Made by a program: the position numbers and the translations under genes
The notes under the pieces: generated by a model
Seen by the model: the letters and a program-made list of their open reading frames with translations, nothing else
What the model was told of the DNA's origin: nothing
Database searches by the model: none
Shown here: in pieces, positions 24,237-35,677 of the stretch
Numbering within the stretch: the first letter of the stretch is position 1
Layout of the letters: each line of letters starts with the position of its first letter
NCBI RefSeq assembly: GCF_006345805.1
Contig: NC_043004.1
Span: forward strand, 105,958,001-106,022,000
Reading direction: 5' to 3'
DNA from: Octopus sinensis
Lineage: Eukaryota
DNA length: 64,000 bases

Positions 24237-24959
24237 GTTTAAAGTCCGCTTTCCATGCTAGCATGGGTTGGACGATTTGACTGAGGACTGGCGAACCAGA
24301 TGGCTGCACCAGGCTCTGAGATGGCAGAGTTTCTACAGCTGGATGCGCTTCCTAATGCCAACCACTCTGAGAGTGTAGTGGTTATTTTAATGTGCCACAG
24401 GTACGAGGGCCAGTCAGGGGGTACTGGCAATGGCAATGCTCAAATGATGTTTTTTACGTGCCACCTGCACAGGAGCCAGTCCAGTGGCACTGGCAATGAC
24501 CTTGCTCAAATGTTTTTCACGTGTCACCAGCACAAGTGCCAGTAAGGCAACACTGGTAACGATCATGCTTGAATCGTGCTTTTTATGTGCCAACGTAAAA
24601 AGTACAATATTTAAATACTGCGCATATCAAATGATACAAGTTTATAAGAGTTTGATGACATAAATGAATCCATTCATAGGAAGATATAACAACCACAGAT
24701 CCTTCTACAATCAAATATCAAAGCAAGGAAATAACTGTGACTATGGATACTGTCCCACCATCTTACTCTTGGTCTACCTCTTGGTCTCCTATCAATTGGA
24801 CCAACTTGACAAATCAGTTTTGCTTTTGTTCTTTCCTGGCATGTTTCTAGTATCAGGGCTGTGATATCTCAAAGCATAGAAGTAGTGGCTTAACCTGGAA
24901 AGACTCCCTGATTTCCAAACTGCACACCCTGTCAACATTACTCCAAGGATCCATTGGAG

Positions 24960-25295
24960 CAGTGGTTTTCAATCATTTTTTATCGATGGACCCTTCCTTC
25001 GATTACTATTCCATTTTGGTGGACCCCCATCGCCATTCAGTGCTTAAAAACTAAATTTATAGATACTTCTTTCAAAATTGCCATTTTGTTTTTCACACAT
25101 TAACTTGTGTACAGGTTGTAAAAGTTAGGGAAAGAAATCTAGCTGTTTCTAGCAAGAAATACATTTAAAGCAAAATTTTTCATAGTCCCTTAAAATACCA
25201 TTGTGGGTCCTCAATTTACTATTTTGCTTGCATGGATCCCTAAAAATTTTATATGAACCCTCAGGGGACAGATGGACCCCTTTTGAGAATCACCT
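24960..25295. mobile_element. hAT-Charlie-like MITE; related copy at 46177-46436
   Basis: CAGTGGTTTTCAA...TTGAGAATCAC termini; degenerate 8-bp flanks cattggag/ctttagag. Confidence 0.75.
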
Positions 25296-25299
25296 CTTT

Positions 25300-25400
25300 A
25301 GAGGTACCCCATTTTGACCACTTGTATTCACAGTTGTACTCTTTCTTTTGGTCATTATCCAACATTCATGTCCATAGGTGAGGATATACATAAAAACAAA
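25300..25400 (-). pseudogene. RTE (Expander-like) fragment
   Basis: YILTYGHECWIMTKR matches the RTE motif PILTYGHECWVMT. Confidence 0.7.
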
Positions 25401-26344
25401 AGTAAGTAACAAAATTAGATAAATGGTGTAAATATAACAAACAACATTGAATAAGAATATTATGTATAGCAACAACAGTAACTATCACAACAATAACATC
25501 ATTTAAAACTACTCTAACAATAATATTGACAGAATGCCTCATATTGTTGTTTGAGCTGCTAGAAATGGCAACATGAATAGCAAAATAGCAAAACCCCAAT
25601 AACAAGTGGAGCTGCAAAACACTAACAAAACAACTACAACAACAACTTACAATAACAACAACAACAGCTACAGTTATATAACCACCACCAACTTCAATAA
25701 CACTAGCTTAGATAACAACCACAACCATTAACAACAACAACAATTCAATGCATAAAAAAACAGTCAAAAAGCCAGGTGCATGAGCACCGATGAGAGATTT
25801 TGTTACCTTGCTAACAAGATGTTACCTTCTGTTCTCAGAAAACAAGCAGCATTACGTCTTGTTTTCCACATGAGTGGACTTATAGCCAGTTGCTGTGGCC
25901 ATTAGACACACCCTTTGTGTCATATTCACTGACTGTGAGGGTTTCAGGGATTGTATTAAAGTACCGCAAAAAGAGTATTTTGCAGCATAAATGTACATTC
26001 GGCTGGATCTTCAATATAATATACTGGTTTAAAAAGCTTTGGTTAACCAAGGTTATCTATGCAATTAATAAGCAAAAACTTCCTCTATGGTTCTTTAAAA
26101 TCTAAAACTATAGGCAAGGGAAATAAATCCAATTATATCAGCCAAGTGAAATTTTTTTAAATATCTATACCTCTGTGTATATATGTATATACTGTATATA
26201 TATGGGCTTTCCCCACCTCCCCACATCACACCACACTACACTACACCATACGACATTACACATCACATCATACATACATACACACGTCCAGACCTTTCAT
26301 ACGCACATACATACTCTCTCATACACACACGCACCCTTATGTTG

Positions 26345-26640
26345 GGGCGAGGTCATTTGACCCTGTTATCTCCCCTACTATCCCTCTTGCGTCTAACGTC
26401 TGATCTCTGACTTCTAGCCGAAATCAGACCGCCATGTTGAATCGTTAGCTCCTGTACGCATTTTTTTTCTCTCCTTGTTTCTCTCCGTGTTTCTTTTCTG
26501 TGTATCTTTCTGTCGAAGAGCGTAGGCTCGAAACGTAAAAGACTTGTTTTATTTCTATTCCTGAGCGCCATACTAATACAATTGTTTATTTGTACTCCAC
26601 CTGCCTTCGTCTTTTGTTTATTTTCGTAAAGTTTCCCGTT
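26345..26640 (+). mobile_element. Penelope-like pLTR/retrozyme-type repeat with degenerate hammerhead (core 26505-26542)
   Basis: tcttt-CTGTCGA-A-GAGC gtag GCTC-GAAAC-GTA-aaaga; ends against (TA)n. Confidence 0.65.
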
Positions 26641-26680
26641 ATGTATATATATATATATACATATGTATATATATATACAA

Positions 26681-26716
<36 letters not shown>

Positions 26717-27329
26717 CAAGATGAAGAAAACAGAGAATAAATGGATGTAATTAATAATTTATTTGTATGTTACAAAAAGATGACATTTTTTAAAAACATA
26801 ACAGTACAAAGAAATTACAAGTTGAAAGCTCAAGAAATAAAATCAAAAAAGGACCCACACTCATGTTTCAGTCTTTCTTCTAGTTGATGGGAATTTTGAA
26901 GCATTTGTTTTCCCCCAACACTGAAAATTTCAATAATCCCAATCACCAATGACTTCCGCATTATATGATAGAGATTAAACCAGTGGAATACCTTAGATTA
27001 TATAATCCCTAATGAGGATATGACTTCCTCAAACTAACTATATATATATATATTCTTTTGCTCTTTTACTTGTTTCAGTCATTTGACTGTGGCCAAGCTG
27101 GAGCACTGCCTTGAAGGGTTTTAGTCAAACAAATCGACCCCAGGACTGATTTCTTAAGCCTACTACTTATTCTAATGGTCTCTTTTGCTGAACTGCTAAG
27201 TTACAGGGATGTAAACACACCAACACCAGTTATCAAGCAGTGGTGGGGAGAAATGCAGATACAAAGACACACATACATAGATGTATACATACATACATAC
27301 ATTCATATATATATATATATATACATATA

Positions 27330-27366
<37 letters not shown>

Positions 27367-27899
27367 ATATTGAGTCAAGTACGTTAACACCAACATCAAA
27401 ATGAAAATCAAATGGAAATTGTAGTTAAGATACCTGTGCCAGTGACACGTAAAAAGCACCGTCCAAATGTGGCAGATGCCAGTGCCACCTGACTGGCGTC
27501 CATGTCAGTGACGCGTAAAAGCACCAACCGATCATGGCCATTTGCCAGCCTCCTCTGGCCCCTGTACCGGTGGCACGTAAAACACACCCACTACAGTCAC
27601 GGAGTGGTTGGCGTTAGGAAGGGCATCCAGCTGTAGAAACACTGCCTGATCAGACTGGAGTCTGGTGCAGCCTCCCGGCTTCCCAGATCCCAGTCGAACC
27701 ATCCAACCCATGCTAGCATGGAAAACGGACGTTAAACGATGATGATGATGATATATATATATATATATACATATCGGCAAAAGAGACCGATAGAATAAGT
27801 ACTGGGCTTACAAAGAATAAGTCCTGGGGTCGATTTGCTCAACTAAAGGCGGTGCTCCAGCATGGCCGCAGTCAAATGACTGAAACAAGTAAAAAGAGA

Positions 27900-27943
<44 letters not shown>

Positions 27944-27945
<2 letters not shown>

Positions 27946-28115
27946 TCTGCCAGCCTCGTCTGGCACCTGTGTCGGTGGCACATAAAAAACACCATCCGAG
28001 CGTGGCCGTCTGCAAGCCTCGTCTGGCACCTGTGTTGGTGGCACATAAAAAACACCATCCGAGCGTGGCCGTCTGCCAGCCTCGTCTGGCACCTGTGTCG
28101 GTGGCACATAAAATC
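27944..28115 (+). repeat. 63-bp tandem repeat (~2.7 copies) inside a family C element
   Basis: Unit cgtctgccagcctcgtctggcacctgtgtcggtggcacataaaaaacaccatccgagcgtggc; shows as a 21-aa period in the ORF track. Confidence 0.9.
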
Positions 28116-28523
28116 ACCCACTACACTCTCGGAGTGGTTGGCGTTAGGAAGGGCATCCAGCTGTAGAAACACTGCCAGATCTGACTGGCCTGGTGCAGCC
28201 TTCGGGCTTGCCAGACCCCAGTTGAACCATCCAACCCATGCCAGCATGGAAAGCGGACGCTAAACGATGATGATGATGATGATGATATATGACAAGCTTC
28301 TTACCAAATCCACTCACAGGGCTTTGGTCACACCAAGGCTATTGTAGAAGACACTTGCCCAAAGTACCACACAGTGGGACTGAACTTGAAACCATGTGGT
28401 TGGGAAGGAAGCTTCTTACCACACAGCCATGCCTGTATATATTATGTGGAAGATGCACAGGACCCATAAAAACTACAGAGACTCAGGAAATTGATTCTGT
28501 CACTTATCTACTACCCCCTAGGG

Positions 28524-29020
28524 GTAGCAGATAATTTCTGTTACCTAGGAGAGATATTAATAGTGGGGGAGAATGCACAGACAGTGTGATAACTAGAATA
28601 AGAATAGGATGGAGGAAATTCAGAGAGCTTCTACTAAATCTGTTGGCTACGTAAAGTTTCTCTCTCTGAGTGAAAGGCAGATTGTAATGATGCATGTATA
28701 CAATCAGCAATTCTACATGGTAGTGACATGTGGGCCTTAAATGCAGAGGATATGCAAAGGTTAGAGAGGGACAAGGCTAGTATGCATCAAGGGTACATGT
28801 TTGTCAGAGTGTATTGAGAGCGAAATTAGGTATAAGGGGAATTAGATGCAGTGTGCAAAAGAGGAGACTGTGCTGGTTTGGTCATGTGATGTGGATGGAT
28901 GCTGACAGCTCTATAAAGAAGAAGGAACACATGGAAGTGGGTGACCCAGGAAGACATGGGATGAAGTACTGAAGAACGACCTCAGAATGCTGAGCCGTTC
29001 AGATGAGATGACATAGGAAG
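28524..29020 (+). pseudogene. RTE LINE RT C-terminal fragment
   Basis: DNFCYLG...SVITRIRIGWRKFRELL...VKGRL..ACIQSAILHGS..W...RRLCWFGHVM...PRKTWDEVLKNDLRML; frameshifted. Confidence 0.9.
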
Positions 29021-29420
29021 TCATTAAGCAAGAAGTAATAATAATTCCAACACAAATATATACTTGCACATGTGTGTGTGTGTATGTGCATGAGAGTATG
29101 TGTCTGTGTATATGTGTGTGTGTGTGTGGGAGGTATGTGTGTATCACCTTTGCCAGTGTGACAAGCACTTGTAAGGCTGACATGAAAAAGGAGCAAGAGT
29201 ATGAAACTGAGAAGAGGTCTTATTAGAAAAGTGCGAGCAACCAGAGAAACGATAGGAATGGAAAGTTAGGGGAGCGAAAGAAAAGCCTGATACACTATAT
29301 CTTGTATGTGAATGTGTGTATACATGTGTGGGTGTGTGGTGTATACATATATTTGTATGTGTGAATGTACATATACTATGTGTGTGTGAGTGTGTGTGTA
29401 TATATATATATATATTATAC

Positions 29421-29490
<70 letters not shown>

Positions 29491-29597
29491 TATATATACA
29501 CACCTATATGTAAATACTTGCATATGTGTATATACACACTTAAGCACACATATATATGTGTACACTAGATACACACACACATATATACACACATTTA

Positions 29598-29741
29598 CTG
29601 CTGGTGGTAGTGGTGCTGCTGGTGGTAGTGGTGCTGCTGGTGGTAGTGGTGCTGCTGGTGGTAGTGGTGCTGCTGGTGGTAGTGGTGCTGCTGGTGGTAG
29701 TGGTGCTGCTGGTGGTAGTGGTGCTGCTGGTGGTAGTGGTG
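29598..29741. repeat. 18-bp minisatellite (CTGCTGGTGGTAGTGGTG) x8, inside a trinucleotide mosaic running to ~29990
   Basis: Eight perfect copies are visible. Confidence 0.95.
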
Positions 29742-30296
29742 CTGCTGGTGCTGGTTGTGGCAATGTTGGCAGCAACAGGTGCAGCAGGAATGGCAGTCGT
29801 GCTGACAGCAGCAGCAGTGGCAGCAGCGGCGATAACACTTGCAGCATCAGCAGCACAAGCAGCGGCAAAAGCAGTATAGGTAGTGGCGGTGGCAGTATAG
29901 GTGGTGGCAGTGGAAGCATCAGAGGTAGCGGCAGCAGCCGTGGCAGCCATTGATGATGAGGATGATGAGGATGATGATGATGATGATTATGTGTTTAAAC
30001 TGAAGTGCTGACAATTTCTTGAAGAAGTAACTGTCTACGGGACGGTGATTATGTCTGTCCAGGAAAGGGTGACGTGTGTCCCACGCAGTTGACCAACAGC
30101 TTCACCACTCTTCTTTGTCGACTGTCAATGCCAAAGGAACTCAGTTTCGGTAGGATATGGACAGCAGAAGGAAAAAACTCTTGGCATCAGAGACAATAAC
30201 TGAGTGGATGTAGGTAGTTACATATATGAGTGTGTGTGTGTGTGTGTGTATGTGCGTGCACATGTGTGTGTGTGTGTGTGTATGAAGGTGCATGGC

Positions 30297-30337
<41 letters not shown>

Positions 30338-30503
30338 CACAGATATGTATGTTTATATATATATATATACACACACAGATATGTATGTTTATATATATAC
30401 ACACACACATATATGTATGTTTATATATATATATATATACACACACAGATATGTATGTTTATAGATATATACACACACACACACACATATATGTATGTTT
30501 ATA

Positions 30504-30539
<36 letters not shown>

Positions 30540-31117
30540 TGTATATTATATGTACGTATAGGAAATATCATAAATGCCAAGACCACTTTAGATGTCCGTA
30601 AATGGTGAGCGCAAAAGAGGAAATAAGTGAACTCTATGACGTTTCTTTGAAACTTGTGGCTTTTAGTAGATCAATGGTGGTAACGGTGGTGGTGAAGGTG
30701 GAAGTGGTGGTGGTAGTGGTGGTGGTGGTGGTGGCAGGAGTGGCGGTGGCAGTGGTGATGGTGGTGGGTGTAAAGAGAACGGTCAGTGCGACATGCCACA
30801 AATAGTCTGAGAGAGAGTGATTGAAGAAACTTGACCATGTTCCAGGTTCATTTATTTCTTTTGCAGGAAGGAAGGAAGGGTTGGGGAAATGTAAATATGA
30901 AATGCTTTATGCAGGATATTCCTTCGTAATGATGTCATTGTATCGTATTGAGTGGTGGGAGTCTTAAATCTTTGAAATAAAATCCTTGTAAAAATTCAAA
31001 GAATGAACTGTTTTTAATCTCTGTTTGTAATTAATTCATTGCTAATGCTTTTTCCTCTAAGAATAGCATGAACATTGTGAAATCTTATCTTCTAATTGCT
31101 CCATAAATCTGAAGCTG

Positions 31118-31210
<93 letters not shown>

Positions 31211-31331
31211 CTATCTATATATCTATCTATCTATCTATCAATCTATCTATCTGTTTGCCTGTCTGTTAATCTATCATTCAATCTATATAGACAGAAAGAC
31301 AGACAGACAAATATATCTAAGCTATCGTTTT

Positions 31332-31622
31332 GAGAGGGTACAAAAATGAAACAATTTGAGAATGGGGTAGAGTTAAAAATGTTGATTGCAGAATATCAAA
31401 AGTACAATTCCACTCTGCCAGATATTCCACAGGGTTCGCAGAACAGACAACAGGTGGACCCATGCAGTTGCCAAGCAGTATCCAAGAAATAAGAAAAGTC
31501 TACTCAGAAGGGCTCCACTGCCTCATGAAGGTAACTGCCAGCTCTCACTGTGCACACAACTGTGCTGCCATCTGCTGGCGTGTTACAGAGCTAGTGTGGG
31601 AACTTTTTGATACCACCTTGTA
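31332..31622. mobile_element. mariner-type MITE (degenerate)
   Basis: Right end ggaactttttgataccaccttg-TA (CGAGG-type mariner TIR); left end is degenerate (tgagagggtacaaaaa). Confidence 0.5.
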
Positions 31623-32975
31623 TGAATGAATTGAGCATTGTCCTTGATCCATCCAGGTAGTAGTGGGGACACTGACTCCAAATTAAAACTGTGATGACTC
31701 ATTTAGTCGTACCAACCTGGAAAAGGGAACGTAAAATGATGAGGATAATGATGTTACGTGTATATATATATATATATCCATATACATGTATGAGTGTATA
31801 TCTGTCTGTATGTATCTACTTTACATAAATACATGTGTGTCTGTGTGTATGTATGTCCTTTTATCTTTCACTTGATTCAGTCATTGGACTACGGCCATGC
31901 TGGGGCACTATCTTAAGGGGTTTAGCATCTATTTATTGACATACTTTATCCATTTTCAATTGAAGCACATGAGAAAGAGATATACTTATATAAGTTAGTG
32001 TTAACCTATTTTATACATGGAACAATAAATAGCTAACTATATGGTGAGTTAGATAGCTAGCTACCTAAATAGACAATCAGATAGTTTTGTCGTAATATAT
32101 TTAGTATTTGGAGCATTACAAAACAAACTAACTTATAATAAATGCGTAGTGAGGCAGAGAGATAGTGGACAAGCAGATGGTAAGTTAGTATTAACATATT
32201 TAATACAAAGCACATTGAATGACTTTGTAGAAATAATTATAACATGAGACTGACAGACTGATAGGTAAGTTAGTTTTAATACATTTAATACGCAGAATAT
32301 TAAAAAGTTGACTATAAATAAATATGTGGTAGGACAGACAGACAGATAGGTAAGTTGGTGTGACAATAGTAATAACTTTATTAGTTGTTACAAATCTTTA
32401 TTAGTTGATGAAGTCTGTGTTTAGAAATACCGTCTTAGTATACCAATATATATTTGTCTTTTGTTAATCTAAACAAAAGACAGATGTATATTGGTATACT
32501 AAGAGAGTACTTGGAACAAAACAAAAGACAGATATGATTGTACGTATGTATGTGGGGGGGGGGAGAATGTGTGTGTGTGTGTGTGTGTGTTGATATATTA
32601 AGAGGGTGGTCTTAACAAAAAACAAATATATGTATATTGGTATATTGGTATTTTCGTTGTTTACAAAGTGCAGGCTTCGTTGCAGAATATTTGTGAAGGT
32701 TGGAAAGAAATGAGGTGAGCATTCTCCACCCAATGTGTTATGTTTATGTGCATGAATGAAAGAGTACATATGAACTGAGATAAGAACTGGATATAAGAGG
32801 AACTGGATATAGTGAGTAAGATAGAACACTATGCTAGTATGGGCATGCAATGCATATGGTGGATATCCATTGTACAATGAGGTGCCGAGCAGTCACAGCA
32901 GATGGAAATGTGGATAAGGAAGTCAAAGAAAAACAAGGGGCAAAGTGGTGAAGACTAATCTCAAGAGGCTAAACC

Positions 32976-33484
32976 TTAACCCTTTAGCATTCAGATTTCC
33001 TTGTCATATCGACAGTAATCCTTCGACTATTGCGGACATTATGTTCCAAAACCTCCCATAGAAATAATTAAAATCTAAAAAATATAAATACCTATTGGCC
33101 AAAGAAACTCACGATATACTGAGGAGTCTGTGATATAAATTTACATAAATTAGCCAGAAAAATCCATGATGTACTGAGTGCACGATAGGTGAACCACAAT
33201 TTGGTGAGGGATTACTGCAATGCTTATTTATTCACATTGATTTGAATTAATCACAGACTATCTTACTAGAAATAGGCAGTGCTCCAGCATGGCCTCAGTC
33301 AAATGACTGAAACAAGTAAAAGAGTAAAAGAGTATCTTGTAGCTTCAAGATTTCAATGGTGTGTTTGTATATTTCTAGAATGACTTTGTAGGGCACATGT
33401 GAGAGATTGGGTCTGGTCAGTTTTAGCATAAAACAGGTAGGATATTTAGGCCAGATTTGGCCAGATTAAATGTTAAAGGGTCAA
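32976..33484. mobile_element. piggyBac-like MITE (TTAA-CCCTTT...AAAGGG-TTAA) carrying two nested insertions
   Basis: Termini ttaaccctttagcattcag / aatgttaaagggtcaa. Sister copies at 45951-46174, 58349-58575, ~37000-37200 and ~7690-7817; a second TTAA family lies at 58838-59061. Confidence 0.8.
33013..33217. mobile_element. Tigger/pogo-like MITE nested in the piggyBac-like MITE
   Basis: cagtaatccttcgactattgcg ... gagggattactg inverted termini. Confidence 0.65.
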
Positions 33485-35069
33485 AAAGAACATAAGGAAT
33501 GACTTTTTGGTGAACGAATGCTGTGCTGGGGAGGATCCATCCAAACCATACAAGCATGGAAAAGTGAATATAAAAATGATGATGGTTGTAGTAATGGAGA
33601 TGTGTATATAATAACTACATCCAGTTCTCTCCCAACCTTCGTCTTCATATTGGGTCTCCGATCTCTCACTGCATTATATTACTTATACAATGAAGAATGG
33701 CCATATTCAGTTTCTTCTCTTACCATCATCTTTCCTTCATTGTTATCAAACAGAGAGCGTGATTGCTAAAGCTCTTAGATGAAAAATGAATCTCCTGAAT
33801 AATGGGTTTCATTATCACAAATAACGATCCTCAAAGAAAACAGAAGTTCACTATGGTAAGCTAATGAACCACTTATGCAGTTATTTAGCGCCATTGTCGT
33901 ATGATAGATAAACTGTTGAACTGTATTTTATAATTTCATTGGTTCATGACTAGTTATGACTGAGCCATTAAGAGTTATGACATATCTTTATTTTTTTAGG
34001 CATCTGGGTATGATTTAAGGGAGATTTAGCTGCTATTTCTAACATATTAATAAATACAGAAACCTTATTCAGTGGCTCATATTAGAATAAATATGGCTAC
34101 CATGAATTGTGAAAAGTGTATGTAGGCACAGGCAGTGATGGAAATTATAGGGAATGAAGAGAGGTGATGTTCGCCTCACGAGATGAAGGAGCTCAAAGCA
34201 TCTAACTCATTCTTTCCCAACCTCAGTCTTGTGGAGCTTTGAATAGCCCTTTTTCCTAAAACCTGTTTCCATCACTGGCTGTAAAATACTACTAAGTTTG
34301 AAATAAGATGTATCATTTGATGGATGAGTATTCGTATTGATTTGAAGAATATTATGATTGTAGAGTTTAGAGTTAAGAATGCCAGAGCTTATTGTCTTAG
34401 TATTGAATCACTTGCACAAAGAAGTAGCAGTTCTTACAAACTTATCCTGTGTTTGATATTACATTCCCATCATGCACTTCTAGCAGAATCATTAGCAGAT
34501 TGGACAAAATACTTAGCATTATTTCTGTTGCTGTTTTGGTTCTGAGTTCAAATTCCACTGAGGTCGTCTTTGCCTTTCATTCTTTGAGAGTTAATAAAAT
34601 AAAGTCCTAGCTGACACAGGGGTCGATATTATATATTTGACCCTCTTCTAAAATTGCTGGCCTTGAGCCAAACTTTGAAACCAATAATTTGTTTCTTTAT
34701 CAAGCATATCCATCATTTTTCAAATTATCCAAATATGAAGGGGCTTGGAATTCAGGGAGTGTTATTTGAGGGGTCCACAAAAGAATAATGTAAAACCAAA
34801 AATTAAAATTAACATTCATAGAAAATTTCCAGCAGGTGTCACAATAAGACTCCTTATTCTGTGACTCCTATCATTATTTTAATAGATAATTGCATAGATT
34901 TATGTTTTCCAAAGCAGAAAAAATTCTTGATTCAATACTAATAGTTTAAATAATAATGTTTAAATAATAGTTTAAATAGTAATTTAAATGATAATAATAG
35001 TTATTGATACGTTTAAATATTTGTTGTGCAAGATTTTTTATGTGAAGTCGTGTGTTGAAACAGATATTA

Positions 35070-35228
35070 TTATATTTCGGAATGGTCATTTTGCCAGTTT
35101 AGCTGAAATAAGATTAAGATTAATGTAAAAAATGAAAAAGTAAATAACACTGAAGCAAAATAACACCAAATATATAGTGCGTGTGTTTTTATTGGCTAAA
35201 CTGGCAAAATGACCATTCCGAAATATAA
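35070..35228. mobile_element. 159-bp MITE-like element with perfect 34-bp inverted termini
   Basis: ttatatttcggaatggtcattttgccagtttagc (35070-35103) is the exact reverse complement of 35195-35228. Confidence 0.85.
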
Positions 35229-35533
35229 CAATAATAGTTATTGAATAATAGTTTAAATAACAATAGTTTGAATAGTTCAAATAATAATAGTTTAAATAAT
35301 AAAGCCTTTTATTTCCATATTGTCCAGGCTTTCTGTTCTTTATCCTTGATTTTAAAGAATTATATCAAAAGATAAAAGAAAGAAAAAATGTGACTGTTTA
35401 TGCTCCCTAAATCACAAGAGGATTTTTACAGAGTAATGTCAAGTTCTTGTTTCATGGCACGGAGGCAGATGGTAGATGTATTTCTTCATGGTTATTGCAG
35501 TTAACATTCTCAGATGATCTGGCACCTACGCCT

Positions 35534-35677
35534 AACAGCAAGATGAGTTGACAGTGAGATGAGCTGACAGCAAGATGAGCTGAGAGCAAGATGAGCTGAC
35601 AGTGAGATGAGCTGACAGTGAGATGAGCTGACATCAAGATGAGCTGACAGTGAGATGAGCTGACAGCAGGATGAGCT
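35534..35677. repeat. 16-bp minisatellite x9 with two interspersed variants
   Basis: GACAGTGAGATGAGCT and GACAGCAAGATGAGCT units. Confidence 0.95.

Noticed and set aside
26860-26905. Possible third hammerhead (minus strand ctagaagaaagactgaaacatg)
   Set aside because: The core is too degenerate and no convincing helix I or II can be drawn.
27944-28115. CRISPR-like look of the 63-bp and 16-bp (35534-35677) repeats
   Set aside because: They are contiguous tandem units without unique spacers, there are no cas genes, and the context is eukaryotic.
29390-29953. 187-aa ORF with silk/elastin-like (AAGGSG)8 and G/S-rich tail
   Set aside because: It starts inside (TA)n/(CA)n microsatellite and all frames are open because of repeat composition. 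There are no credible splice signals or unique sequence.
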